Assembly (NCBI RefSeq): GCF_036588685.1
Contig: NC_086378.1
Coordinates: 57,598,001 to 57,662,000, forward strand
DNA from: Mytilus trossulus
Lineage: Eukaryota
Direction: 5' to 3'
Length of the DNA stretch: 64,000 nucleotides
The notes beneath the pieces were generated by a model. It had not been told where the DNA came from, ran no database searches, and saw nothing but the letters and a program-made list of their open reading frames with translations. Of this stretch, positions 1 through 13,449 are shown piece after piece (the first letter of the stretch is position 1; each line of letters begins with the position of its first letter). The translations under genes were made by a program, and so were the position numbers.

Positions 1-399
1 TCTTGATACATCAGAAAATAAAATAAAAAAGGGGGAACCGTTTTCATTATTCAGATACAAACTGTATGGTACGCCAAAAATAAAAAGGATAAATAAAATA
101 TCTTAAAAATCAGCAGATAATGTTCACCTTCTCAAAATTTTCCTATTCGTTGGTTCACAGAATGTTTTTTTTAGCTTTCAAGCAATGTCCTTGGAAATTT
201 GAAGTTTACCGTAAAAATCAAAAATATTAGGCCACCGTATTGATGTCTACTGTAACACTACCACAAATTAACGCTATCATACCGTACAATGTACAAAATT
301 AATGAGTGTGTATAGCTTTTTTTCTTAACAGTAATTATTTCGAATGCTCAAGCGTAATCAATTGATAATGAAATAAATGTATTAATATTCTAAGGATAA

Positions 400-690
400 T
401 TATCATCCCGTTCCCTTTTCACGAATGTGAACTACCGAATGAGACTATTAACTAGGATGTGTAATAACATGAACAACAAGATGGGTGCCACATATGGCGC
501 AGGATCTGCTAACCCTTCTGGAGCAAATGAGATCACCACAATTTTTTACAGGGGTTATTTATGCTTTTAGTCTTTATCATTCTATGTTGTATCTTGTGTA
601 CTGTTGTTTGTCATTGTCAGCCATGGAATTGTCGGTTTATGTTTGATATTTCAGTTAAAGACCCCCTGGTATATGTTGCCTCTCATTTAA
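400..690 (+). mobile_element. Penelope-like element 3' fragment
   Basis: Similar to 52310-52600 and 63605-63870. Confidence 0.65.
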
Positions 691-745
691 GCTGACATAT
701 AATTAAGATTAAATTATAAATCAAGATCAAAAATTCTGATATTAC

Positions 746-3147
746 CTGATTTCTTGTGTTTGTAATAGTAATGTGCTTCGACTGCGACAAGTATAACAAA
801 CACCTATAAGATAAGTAAAATCAAAGATATTTTCATTTCTCGAAGCTGTTATAATACATATTGTAGTTTATATAAGATAAGAAGATGTGGTTTGATTGAC
901 AATTATACAAGTATGTACTATTCATTAACTGACGTAGGGTTTATCAAACATACGTTTCTAAAGTCCTTCAACAATGAGCCAAACCAATATCACAATATCT
1001 AAACTTCGATGCTCGAATTTGAAGTTACCTATTGAGACGGGTAGATGGGCGGGGATTGCTAGGGAAAATAGAATATGCACATCATGTAATGAGGGAATAG
1101 GGGATGAGTTTCATATATTGTTTACCTGTAAAAATGCTGATGTTTCTGCTCTTAGATCAAAGTTTATACCAAATTACTATGTAATGAATCCAAGCAAGAA
1201 CAAGTTCACTGGCTTGTTGTCTATTTGTAACGTACAAGTTCAAAGGAATTTATCAATTTTTGTGAAGAAAATCATAAAATACTTTATTTAATTATACCAA
1301 TTGTCTTTTAAAATATACTATGTATTTGTGTTCCGTTTGTCCTGTCTCGCTATGTTTTATCTTAATATGTATGTATATATTGTCCTCTTGTACACAAGTA
1401 TGTGTCTGATGTTATGAATAAAATCTTGAAAATCATAGTCAGCATTAAAAGTATCAGTAAACTTTGCAAGTAAATATCACTTAATTATACCCAAGCACAC
1501 AAATATCGCACAATTTATCTCCTATACATAGTAGTTGCAAAACAAATAGCAAAACCATAGAACAATGCACTCTTAACATTGCAATCAAATCACGTGTTTA
1601 AAATGAAATTTTGTTTTTGGTTGCGAAAATTGTGATTTCATTAGATAAAAGTCAATGAACTGTAAAGTCTAAATTTGTCATAAAAAAGTTTAGAACGTAA
1701 AACATCTAATAAGTTTACCTATTTGGCCTTGACTTTTTTTAGTAGATTTTGAAAACAATTGTTTAGTTCTGGGTTTAAAATGCGTTTTGCTAAGAAGTCA
1801 AAACTCAACATTTAAGTTTGGCTTATTTCAATTATTTGAAAAAAGTTACGTATTTAAAATAGAAACGTTAGCTCTACGACAAACATAATTGTGATGGTGC
1901 TTTAGTTTATGTCAATTTTGTTTAATTGAATTGGTTGTTTACTTGAGCTGTGCAGCATATACATATACATTTTCGCTAGCCAAGGGTTACGTTCAAATTC
2001 CCTCCTTTCAATCCTTGGCAGCTTCAGCCAACATTTGTGATAGCAATGTTACGCCATCTGTCGGTTGGTTAAAGTCACGCCCACACGCTATGAACACATT
2101 ATTATTTTCCAATAGTATACTTGAACTCTTTTCGGTGTGGAGGTAAAAACACGATAGCGTTTAGACCTACAAAGTTGGTGAAGCAGGAACAAAAAGGCCT
2201 ACGTTGACATTTCAACATTTGTGTAAGAAACATACACAGGAACTTCTATTATCGATTGAAAACATTTAAATTGTCATTAAATGTCGTCGAATGTTTTGGG
2301 ATGAAAAGACTTGTTGCACAATCAGTACGTGACAATTGTTTACCTACATTATCAATTTTTACACAATTTTTTTATCATGTTGTATATCATGATCATGCTT
2401 TTTGATTGGATGCAGCCAGGTACGACTGCAACCAATGAAAATCATTACATTGTGTCTCCCAAATTATGCCAAGGGTAAAGAGGAGGGAAGTTGATCGAAA
2501 CCCTTGGATTGCGAAGATAAAAGATATAAACTAAACACTAATAATAAAGAAAACACCAATATAAATAAAACCAATTTATTTCAGACCTGTTGCATATAAG
2601 AGACTCGACTGATAAGGTAAAACGACCCTTTCTATAATTGTCTTTTGCCAACTTCTACGTACTTGTTTGTTTGTAATGTTGATATTGCGTTGAACGATGA
2701 CGTATTTCTGAACAGAGATATATTAAATTCAAACATAGAAAAGTTGAAACAAAAACAAACTTTCATCAAATTTTGAATGACATCCCCTATTTAGAACAAT
2801 TTTAGGAGAATGATGTTTTTAAAACCACAACTATGATCTCAAACCTTTTAACAAGCTGGGGCCAGTGTTGCAAACCAAGTTGGTGAAGGAAATATGGTAG
2901 CCAATTTTTTGCAATTAAATCTCGATTAAGACTCATGACATTTTTATCTATAAAACAAAGACCTAATGTCATTATGTTTTCTTGTAAAATTCACAAGATT
3001 TTATTTCTAGAAGACAATGTATGACATGTACGTTTATCATGTTTATCAGCTATAATAGTTGCAATTCTTGTAATTTTAATTTGGTTTTCTACGACAACCT
3101 CCTTCTTTAAAATTTAAACTTACCTTAACAATATTTAAGAAGAACAT
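746..3147 (-). CDS. Gene B: tandem paralog of gene A, 5' part only (continues beyond the window start)
   Basis: Coding exons 3147-3124 (MFFLNIVK) and 803-746 (VFVILVAVEAHYYYKHKKS); same exon sizes (32 and 58 nt), phases and splice sites as gene A. Confidence 0.82.
950..1434 (+). mobile_element. 5'-truncated non-LTR retrotransposon (LINE, RTE-X/L2-like) 3' end
   Basis: ORF 974..1291 KLRCSNLKLPIETGRW...RICTSC...GDEFHILFTC resembles the C-terminal Cys/His domain of LINE ORF2; AATAAA near 1417. Confidence 0.75.
1969..2518. mobile_element. MITE with ~50-bp imperfect TIRs
   Basis: ttcgctagccaagggttacgttcaa...ccttggc versus gccaagggta...ttgatcgaaacccttggattgcgaa. Confidence 0.55.
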
Positions 3148-3415
3148 TTTGATATCTGAAAAAAAGAAGAGATGCAGATTTCATTTCACATTCAGATTTT
3201 CGGCTTTGAATTTTCCTGATGAAGGTTAATCTGGAATACCGCGTTTCACGCATATAATTATTCAACATGTTTTTTTTAGTTTTTTTTTAGAGCTGTAGAG
3301 TTGCATGGCTTGACAAGCCTCAGTTATAAACTACTAAGTCGATGATTGGACAATCATCAGTTAAGGAGGTTGACTACTTAATTCCAAAATGTTCAAAATA
3401 ACAAGGATTTCAAAT

Positions 3416-3592
3416 AGATATAAGAAGATGTGGTGTGAGTGCCAATGAGACAACTCTCCATCCAAATAACAATTTAAAAAGTAAACCATTATAGGTTAAA
3501 GTACGGCCTTCAACACGGAGCCTTGGCTCACACTGAACAACAAGCTATAAAGGGCCCAAAAATTACTAGTGTAAAACCATTCAAACGGGAAA
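3416..3592 (+). repeat. Young interspersed repeat (gatataagaagatgtggtgtgagtgccaatgagac family; probably a Penelope 3' end)
   Basis: Near-identical to 18683-18978 (+) and 7585-7872 (-); diverged copy at 17940-18220 (-). Confidence 0.8.
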
Positions 3593-4258
3593 TGATTGTT
3601 ATAAATAGGTATATATATATAGAACCTAAATAGAGAAACCAAAAAAGCTGAAACAATTATTGGTGCGTGTGCTTGCTTTTGGGCTATAGGCCATTGAAAG
3701 TGTGGCAGGAAAAATTATCTCTAGACTTTTCATTCATTTAACATTGGCCACTACTTCTTTTAAAAAGCTATGAACAAATAACAAAGGTTTTATGAGGTTG
3801 ATAGGGACATTGTTTAGAGGCAATTTGATGGATAAGAACAGAGGATTACGAAAATCTGACAAAATGTAAAAAAAACAGAGTAGCAAATCTCCTTAATAAC
3901 GGTATAGTTAGTTGAACGAACCTCAGTAGACGACAGTATTGCTTGTTTGAATTTTTTACACTAAAATTTCGTAATTTTTGCAATGTCAAAGGCAAATAAA
4001 AAGTAATGACATTCTTTTCAACATGTAGATAATCCTCAATGATTTTGAAGCAACAGATTCCAAAACAATTTTTAAAATTTCAATATCAAGTTTTATATTA
4101 ATTCAAGACCTCGTGTTGAAATGTCCCCGGGTTATGAGACTCAGAACAAAACATACATTTAGCAAATCAAAATAACTTATAAACAGTAAGGAAACTAACA
4201 TGCAGGTAGTGAAATACGACCATATTGGTTTAATAAAGTTTTAAACGTAGATATGTTA

Positions 4259-5547
4259 CAGTGAATTTGTATAATCAGTGATTATGTAGAATCCCTGAAT
4301 TTTTCAGGGATTATGTAGAATCACTGGCTAGTTTAGTGATTATGTATAATCACTAGAAAAAATGTCAGGGATTCTACATAATAACTGAAATGAAAAAATA
4401 GTTTTATTTATAAAAAAATTAATAAAAGTAGAATAATCTATTCTATAAAATCACATAAAAACATCATAATAAAGTAACAAAACTTGTAAAATGTTAAGCA
4501 CAATATATCAAAATTATCAACCCAATATTTTTAAAAGTTAGGCACACTATATTAAATGTTAAACACAACACATTAAAATGAAATGCTTCACATCGGTTTT
4601 TACTACAATATCCACATTTAAAAAAATCTTTTTCCTACACGTAATGAATCAGATTTTAACAACTGGCCTAAGAAAAATAAAAAGTTCAGTAAAAATATCT
4701 GAAGGTACCCCCCCCCCCCTTTCCCCCCATAAAAAAAAATAGGAATTTGCAACCTTGAACAGGTTCGAGCAAGAAAGATACTATTGTTTTGTGGTCAGGC
4801 AATATCCTTCTTCAGACCTTTTTTTTTTTTTAAACAATTGCCATTACGTTTTTTGGGTTTTCCTTTTCTTTTTTATCCTGTCGAATTGCTATGAGAATAT
4901 GCAAGCTTCCTCTTTAAGTTTGTTCTATTTGTCAATCCCAAGTTCTGCCTGTTTTTCTATACATTTAGATGCCTAAGTTCTCACACAGTTTGAATTTCTT
5001 GCAAATTGTTCTTTGAACCAAAAAAAAACCACACAAAATAGTTGTTCCATAATCTACTTCACCATTTCCTTTACATGTATCACACATAATATGCTTGTGG
5101 ATTTACAAATAGAGCATGAATATCCATTTGACGCTGGCTTTTAATAAACAACCAATACATGTAAAGCTATCGGTATAATGGGAAGGTTAATATTATTAAT
5201 TTTGAAGTCTTCAATTATATCTTGAAACCTTGCGTTGGTTATATCTTTTAGATCATCCTCTGTGTTTAAAGGCAAAATTATTTCATCTGGCAAGGAAAAT
5301 GAAAGAAACTTCAAATCGTAATTTGTCTATATTAATTTTGTTTATCAAACAAAGGACAATTAAATTATTTATAATCCCTGAAATCATATTAGGGAATTTG
5401 TAAAATAATTATTAAAATGTTCAGTGATTATGTAAAATCACTGGCCATTTTTAGGGATTATATATAATTACTAATGATTTTAGTGATTCTACATATTCCC
5501 TGAAAAATCAGGGATTCTACATAATCCCTGATTATACAAATTCACTG
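4259..5547. mobile_element. Non-autonomous TIR DNA transposon with arrays of subterminal motifs
   Basis: TA|cagtgaatttgtataatcag...ctgattatacaaattcactg|TA; repeated gattatgtagaatc units at both ends; symmetry continues into the flanks, so the termini are uncertain by a few bp. Confidence 0.8.
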
Positions 5548-6273
5548 TAACATATATATGTGGGGTGCATATCAAAAATATATAAAATGTAGAGATTTTT
5601 TTTCCCTCTAAGATACAACAGATTCACATGGCAAAATGATAAAAGATGTTAAAATCCCTTCCCAAACTGTTTTCAATAACATGGAAATGGATATTTATTT
5701 ACAGCACAATAAAAAAGAAAGAACAAAATGATGGACATTTCATAGTCAACTGAGTGGTTTCGTAGCAGCATAAATACGTAAGGGGAAATATAAACGTTAT
5801 ATCTATATGGGAATTATTTTTTCATCAAATATGTACCGTTTTGTCAATGAAAAGGTATTAGCTTCTGAAAATAATCTTACTACATTAACTACACTAATTT
5901 GCCGTTAGTATTATATACATTGAGGTCTTTGCTTAAAAATAATAAGCGAAGAAAACAAAATGCTATTTTTATTTTACTTTACAAAATGTTTAAAAGCGAT
6001 AGTTAGATAAACACATAATAACTTAAAGTCATATATACTTTGTAATATTTATACTTCATTAATTATAAACATATATGATGTATATGTTCATTACTTGGTT
6101 TTAGTTTCATGTTCACGCAGTAAAGGTATTGAGAAAAAAAAACATATAATAAAGAACATAGAAGACATTATCGTGAATTTAAATTAAATATTTTGAACTA
6201 TTTTCATTAACTTTAAATTATAGCTGTAAACATACAATATATTTTCAAAGAAGTAATACATATATATTCTTAC

Positions 6274-6370
6274 CAAGTGTTCTGTGTGTGTCGACTTGGT
6301 ACGCCTATATTCTTTTACCTAAATGTTTGTGACTGTTAATTGAGCACCTCTTCAAGTTCCATTGATGAAG
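6274..6370 (-). other. Gene B putative non-coding exon 1 (5' boundary approximate)
   Basis: gtaag donor at 6273-6269; TATATAA upstream; ACACAGAACAC shared with gene A exon 1. Confidence 0.5.
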
Positions 6371-6397
6371 ATCACCTTTTTGTAGGCAAATCCTGGG

Positions 6398-6424
6398 TTA
6401 TATAGGTCGACAGTGTAACAGATG
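6398..6424 (-). promoter_or_regulatory. Gene B core promoter: CATCTGTTACAC followed by TATATAA
   Basis: Conserved with 39955-39981. Confidence 0.55.
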
Positions 6425-7309
6425 CTCATTGCAGAGTTATTGAACTATATGATCAGATCAAATATAAATTCCGTATTAAAACTATTATACTACTTGGTTT
6501 GAATAATATAAGTGTAACAAATTGATTTCTTGTCTTTAAAATATATCCCTAAACGTTTAGATGCATTCGTCCCAGTAAGCAAACAATTAAAAAAAAACTG
6601 GAGGGTGAAAGTACACCCGAAAGAATAATACAATGTTCATTCGTGTTCATAATGAAATAATCTGGTAATTTTCATGCCCAATCCAAATATACATCAATTT
6701 CATTAATTGTGTACCTGAAGAAATAAAAAAAAAAAATGAGAATTTTCAATTTACTCCACACTTTGATATATCACTTGGTCTTTTTCTGAAACTTAATTGA
6801 TGTTGTTTTCATTTAGTTCAAATATTTAAATAACTGCATGATTTGCATGATCATATTAATAAGATTGTTTACATTCAGGCGAATACTTATAAGCAAATGA
6901 CGTATTCCATCACTGTGGCGTACTTAGATTCTTATTTCGATATTTTTTATCTTTGTTTCCTTTATCTAGTGAAACAGAATTGGAAACTAGAATAAACGGC
7001 TGGAATTTCGAATGCAAATGGAGATAAAAAAGAGCCAAATTATTTTCAATCACCTTGTCATCGTCAGTCTCTAAAAAGATTTGTTAAAAGATTCCTTTAA
7101 TTTGTAGATAATGCAAAACTCAACGTTTAGGAGTCAACAGATTGCTCGATCCTATTCTGATCGGACTTGGATGCGTAATCATACAATTTGCACAGCTCAA
7201 CGAACAGACGCTCAATTTCATGGAATAACTGCTTGATGGGAGACGTTGAGAATGATTATATCTACATATCCATCAAACTTTGGAGTTTATTAAAAGCAAA
7301 ACATATTAT

Positions 7310-7872
7310 TTTTGCAAGTCTGTGTAGAAAGCTTATTAAAAATGGTATTTCACATCCTAAATTTTATGGTAATATTGTACTTAAAGCGAGGAAATCACTA
7401 TGTGATCCTTGTAAACTCATCGAACCTTTAAACAAACTTATAAGTAAGGGTAATCGTACCAATATTGTAATTAGATCTCTGAATATAGTTCACATTGGCA
7501 CTAATATTGATTTTGTCATTAGCAAATTAAAACATAACTAAATTTCATTATCTTTTGAGGCGAGATGTATAGAGACACATACAAATGTTTGCACCTGTCC
7601 TAATTCAGGAATCTGATGTACAGTAGTTGTCGTTTGTCTATGTAATATACACGTGTTTCTCGTTTCTCGTTTTGTTTATATAGATTAGACCGTTGGTTTT
7701 CCCGTTTGAATGGTTTTATACTAGTAATTTTGGGGCCCTTTATAGCTTGTTGTTCGGTGTGAGCCAAGGCTCCGTGTTGAATGCCGTACTTTAACCTATA
7801 ATGGTTTACTTTTTAAATTGTTATTTGGATGGAGAGTTGTCTCATTGGCACTCACACCACATCTTCCTATAT
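7310..7872 (+). mobile_element. Penelope-like element C-terminal coding remnant plus 3' repeat
   Basis: ORF 7188..7541 part KNGISHPKFYGNIVLKARK...PLNKLISKG runs into the repeat family described at 3416. Confidence 0.55.
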
Positions 7873-8069
7873 AGGTTCGGAATAATGATTCGATCGTTTA
7901 CAACACATCATAATTAATGTCTCAATTTTGACTATATGTGTCTATTTATGAGATACCCATCTCAAAAATACATTCATATATCTGCTGCTCTGAAATGCGA
8001 GGCGTTGTTTTCGGTAAAGTGTGACTAAACAATGTTTTTTCGAGTTCTAGATGTGTATCGAGAGAAGTA

Positions 8070-8400
8070 GATGAACTCATCATATATACCAGGACTTAAT
8101 TTTGTATATACGCCAGCTTACGCGCGTTTCGTCTGCAAAAGACTCATCAGTGACGCTCGAATCCAAAAATAAAAAAGGCCAAATGAAGTACAAGTTGAAG
8201 AGCATTGAGGACCAAAATTACTAAAAGTTTTGCCAGATACAGCTGAGGTAATCTATGCCTGAGGTAGAAAAGTATTTAAAAAAAATAAAAAAATTGTAAA
8301 CAGTAAATTTATAAATATAACCATATCAATGACAATTCATGTCAGCACAAAACCTCGGGGAAAGAAATCTCCACAAGCAGTGGAATCGGCCCAGTGGCCC
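8070..8400 (-). repeat. Hammerhead-ribozyme-bearing repeat copy
   Basis: Reverse complement gcgtca CTGATGA gtct tttgc agac GAAAC gcgc gta agc tggcg; 3-nt insertion at the cleavage site. Confidence 0.75.
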
Positions 8401-8498
8401 GACTCATTATAGATACCAGGTATCTGAAACACAAAAAATCCGAAGGTAAAATATAGTGTGGTGTTACTTTAAAACAGCAGATATGCATGATATAAATA

Positions 8499-8714
8499 CC
8501 CTATAGCGGGTTATTTTCGCGGGATGTAAATTTTCGCTTATTTTCGCGGATAGAAGAAAATCGCCAAAATAAATTCAGCCAAATTAACGGTGTACATGCA
8601 AAGGTATTAATAAAAGTTTTCATCCGCCAAAATAATAACCGCTAAAATATTTCGTATACCTTGTTCAATGAAAATCGCGAAATTTTACACCCGCGAAAAT
8701 AACCCGCAATACGG
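8499..8714. mobile_element. Palindromic MITE with TA TSD (Tc1/mariner-like)
   Basis: TA|ccctatagcgggttattttcgcgggatgtaaatttt...aaattttacacccgcgaaaataacccgcaatacgg|TA. Confidence 0.8.
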
Positions 8715-8865
8715 TATTAGATATTTGCTGAATTAGAATCATTATATAATGCTAGATTAGATGAGAAAGTGTTCATTCTGGTAAACTTAAACTACTTCAT
8801 GTATTGTGATAAATTATTAATATTCTATACTTCATTAAATATACGAGAAAGTTATACCTACAGAA

Positions 8866-9045
8866 TAAACCCATCATAGACACCAGGATTGAATTCTGTA
8901 TTCACGCCCGACGCGCGTTTCGTCAAAAAAAAGATTCACGAGTGGCGCTCGGATCCAAAAAGGTTAAAACGGCCAAATGAAGTACATAGTTGAAGAGCAT
9001 TGAGTACCAAAATTCTTGAAAGTGTTGTTAAATACAGCTTAAGTA
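8866..9045 (-). repeat. Degenerate copy of the hammerhead repeat family
   Basis: GAAAC gcgc GTC retained; CTGATGA mutated. Confidence 0.65.
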
Positions 9046-9486
9046 CTTTGTTAATGTGGATTTTCGTTCAGGCTAGAAAACCATCTCCAGTTGATTATGT
9101 ATATTAAGTTACTTATTTTTTTTTACATCCCATTTTAACCTAAACTGTTTATTGACACAGATATTTAGGTCTATACATACAAATACAATCATTAAATAAA
9201 AGACTAAGCTGTGACTTTACTTCCTTATATTTAAGTTCTTAGGTTTAACACGATTAAGGTTATCAACTACAGCTAAATATAAGACATGTTAATGGGATTT
9301 TAATGTAGGTTCAGTTTATATCCTTGTAACAGGTTTGGTTTTCACAATATAAACGGTAATAATAATTAAGCACTGACGACATTATGCAAGTCCGAAAAAT
9401 GTTATCCTATCAGGAAGTCTTCTGTCGTTATAAAAATATGATAAAAATTACAAATTAAAAGAACACAATGTCTTTGACCTTCCATA

Positions 9487-11880
9487 ATAAAATTGAAAAT
9501 TGAAATGGGGGAATGTGTCAAAAGACAAAAATCCTACCTTATAGCAGACAACAGCGGATGGCCACCAATAGATTTTTAGTGTAACGAGAAACTCCCGCAC
9601 CCAGAAGCGTCCTTTAGCTGGCCCATAAACAAGAATGAATACTAGTTCATTGATAATGGACGTCATGCTAAACTCCGAATTATAAACAAGAAACTAAAAT
9701 TAAAAAGCATACCAGACTAACATAGGCGGGAGGCTCCTAACTAGGGACGGGGTAAAACTTTTTTTTTAGATCTCAACCCTCCCCTTGTACCTCTAGCCAA
9801 TGTAGAAAAACAGAGGCAAAACAATACGTCAGTAAAACTCAGTTTAAAGAAGTCCGAGTCTGATGAAGGAATATGAAACAACAGAAAATAAACAAAATAC
9901 CAATAGTACATAAACATGATAAATAACAACAAACTACTAGCACTTACTGACATGCCAGCGTAAGACTCGTAAACTGATTGGAAGATTGTGTCTTCATCAT
10001 ATGAATATCAAGCACAATCCTTCCTGTTAGGGGTTAAGTATTATACCATCATGAAATACATGAGAAGAACATAACCCGTGTAATTCCAATAACTGGTTTT
10101 AGAATGAATTTGTTTAATTCCAATGCAAAGACCCTGTAAGTGAATCAATATTAAAGCCAACATCTGCAATCTTTAATGACTTGACAACAGTATCGTTACT
10201 ATATCCCTTCTAATAAGTCTGTTTTGTTAGCTTTTATTACCATTGATAAGATTTAGTAAATGTTTTGCCTAGTTTATGATATCGAAAACCCTGGTGTAAT
10301 AATTTTTCAGTAATTCATAAATTTCTCTCGCTCAAATCTAATACGTTGTTACATACACGAGCGAATCGTAAACGCTAAGATATATAAATACAATAAGATG
10401 GTGATAAGGGAACGCCGCCATCTAAAAATGGATATTTAACGATAGGAAAAATCATCTCTTTTATCATAAATGTTTGTATCAAGCTTCCTGTTAATGATAA
10501 AGATATCAAGATCGATGAAAAGTCAGCGGTCATTGTTAGTATTAGCTTTATTTAAAGTAAATTCAACAGGGTAAATTTCTTTAGTATACATTCTGAAGTC
10601 GTCATTATTGAGAGCAAATACATCTTCCAAATATCTTAAAGTCTTGTTAAATTTTTGTATCAAATGTTGTTTTGATGGGGTTTGCTGATGAAATTCATAA
10701 ATTGTAACTCATAACAATACAAAAACAGGTCCGCAGTAAGTGGCACACAGTTATTCCCCATTGGAATTCCAATCGTCAAAGCAAACCAAAAATGTTATCA
10801 AGTAAAAATTCAAGAGCAAATATAGTCATGGTAGTATCAAAGCATGTCCAATTGACATAGTTATATTGTTTGTTGCTACTAAAGTTTGACATAAAAGAGT
10901 TTGAACACTTGTATTGGCATTATGACTTTTTAAATGCCCAATTTATTAGGGATGTGAGTTTTTTCTTAATAAGAATATGAGGCAAAGTGGTATATAGGGT
11001 AGAACAATTTATTATCCGGTTTGTGATTGTACCATGTGTACTAGTAAGTAGAATAGACAATTTAGTAGTGGAACAATGGCTTGAAGATGAAATAAATCTA
11101 TATTTGTAAGGTGTTATGAGTAGCTTCGGAAGCCAGTACATATAGTTCATTGAATATGTATTTGGTTCTGCTTGTAAAGATAAAGCTTTAAGATTGTGTT
11201 TTTCTACATTTGAAAATGCCTGTACCAAGTCAGAAATATGACAGTTCTTGTCCATTTGTTTTTGGTGTGCTTTGCTATTTGATTTTGCCATGTGATGATG
11301 GACTTTCCGATTAGATTTTCCTGTAAGTTCTGTATTTTTGTGATTTTACCTTTTAGTTACAGATGTCGTTTTTTTGAAAATGCAGTCAGTTGAAATGTTG
11401 GCGAATGAGTGAATTCCTTTTGTAGAACCTCAATGTAAAATTTACGATAAAAATAATGATATTATTGGCAGCTTTATCTGCCGGGACTTCAACGAATTCC
11501 TTTGCTAGTTCTTTTAGTTTATGTTAGATACGCGAAATATGGTTTTATTGTTGTTTTTAAGAGTAAAATGTTCTTTAAAGTGTTGTATACGAATATCAAC
11601 TATCTTTATTACTGAATTAAAAAAAAGAGTCGAAAGATTTTTTGTCAGCTTTTTCCCGTTTTACACATTTCAAACCGTAAGTACGGAGTGAGTTGTGGAT
11701 AATATCACGACACTCATTCCAATTAATAATTGACGCGGGACGATGTTTAGGTCCTTTACTGAAGAATGATTTGCTCTCTCGGTCGCATACGATGTTTATG
11801 TCTCCTATTACGACTTGGGAAGGGCCATAAGTATATTCAGAGTATATTCAGAATTACTGCATTTACATGACACGGAGTAA
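9487..11880 (-). mobile_element. Decayed Penelope-like retroelement with RT remnant
   Basis: Minus-strand motifs YWLPKLLITPYKYRFI, IGIPMGNNCVPLTADLFLYCYE, RYLEDVFALNN, PFLDGGVPLSPSY; many frameshifts; 3' end ...cattcccccatttcaattttcaattttatt; a separate repeat is inserted at about 11185-11355. Confidence 0.8.
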
Positions 11881-11881
11881 T

Positions 11882-12160
11882 TGTCGATGCCACTGCTGGT
11901 GGATATTTATTTCCCCGAGGGTATCACAAGCCCAGTAGTCAGCACTTGTTATGCTGACATGAATAGTCATTAATATGGTTATATTTATAAATTTACTCTT
12001 TACTACAAATTTTTGATTTTTTTGAAAAAAACTAAGGCTTTTCTACCTCAGGCATAGATTACTTTAGCTATATTTGGCAAAACTTTTTAAAATGTTGGCC
12101 CTCAATGCTCTTTAACTTCGTACTTTATTTGGCCTTTTTAACTTTTTTGGATTCGAGCGA
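11882..12160 (+). repeat. Hammerhead repeat family copy, truncated just before the ribozyme core
   Basis: Matches the reverse complement of 8155-8400. Confidence 0.7.
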
Positions 12161-13449
12161 TTGACATACTTTATTTTAATGAATTGTTTTTATAATCTTC
12201 AGGGCGATCAATTTTAGGAAACAGTTAAGAAAAACAATATGCCATTATAATTTGAACGATTTCATACTTAGGACTGCAATATGAAATTGTGTTGCAATCC
12301 TCTAAAGTTTTATTTATAGGTAAAGAACAGAGCTTGGTTAACAGATAACGGCTGTCGTTGTTTTTTGAAATAGAAAGTAGGTCCGAAATATTTGTATGGT
12401 TGGTCCGAAATTTTGTTTGATTGTGATGTTTATTACGTCCATGAAAACGTTTTTTAAGAGCAGTTTTAAAAACTTAATTGTTTAATAATTTAAAAATTTA
12501 TAAACGGACAATGTTCCTCCAAATCCAAAGAAATCAATCTGCAACATTTCAAGTTATAACAGAGATAAATGCATTATTTTTCTTCGATTTTCAGTGGTAC
12601 TAGTAGTTCAACGAGCCACGGTTATATGTTAAATTATAGCAACATCTGCGACATAGCCTATTAAATGTTCCTTGACCTTAACATATTGAAAACAGACAGG
12701 ATTGTCATTTTGGCAATGGCTATGTAAATGGAAATCACACTAACACATCTCTTTGTGATTCTGTAATAACTTATTTGACGTTTTGTAACTTTGTTACTTC
12801 TATATAAAATACTAATACTCATTATAGAAATACATACACATCAAACATCCGCTCAATTAGAGTTTGTATGAAATGCTCTTATACGGATGACGACATTCGG
12901 GAAAATAACTTCTATAAAATTTACCGGGTCGCTTCTATTAAAATCAGCAAATAATTATGTAACGAACAAATATGAAAGAGAATTGATTGTTATTTATGGT
13001 GGAAATACACAAACACGTTGTGTTTTGGGAGACAATTCTTACTATAAAAATGTCTTCGGATACACAATATGAGTTTTAAAAGCGTAATAACTGTTAAATA
13101 TAATATCCAAAATTTCTAAGCAACATCTTGCAAAACTATATACCGCAAGAAAATGGTTTTGCGCGAAAAATTATCAGAAGACATGCAATCGGTCTTTCCC
13201 ACAGAAAATATAAAGGCCTTCATCTTTATCACCAAGTAATTTACGCGATGACTGATATATGTATTTGCATAAGAAGATTTAAAGATCGTCCCAAAAGCAA
13301 TCAACAAATGATATATGCTATAATAATGACATGTCTAATCTAATCATCATCTTTAAAACTTTATTCCTTTACATAATAAGAAGTAATTCTGTTTTAGACC
13401 TTAATACAAGTCGTCAAGCGACTTTATTTTATTATCGAGAAAACGTCAA

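Noticed and set aside
3215-3250. Second hammerhead-like motif (ctgatgaaggttaatctggaata)
   Set aside because: The GAAA core and helices are not intact; too degenerate to call.
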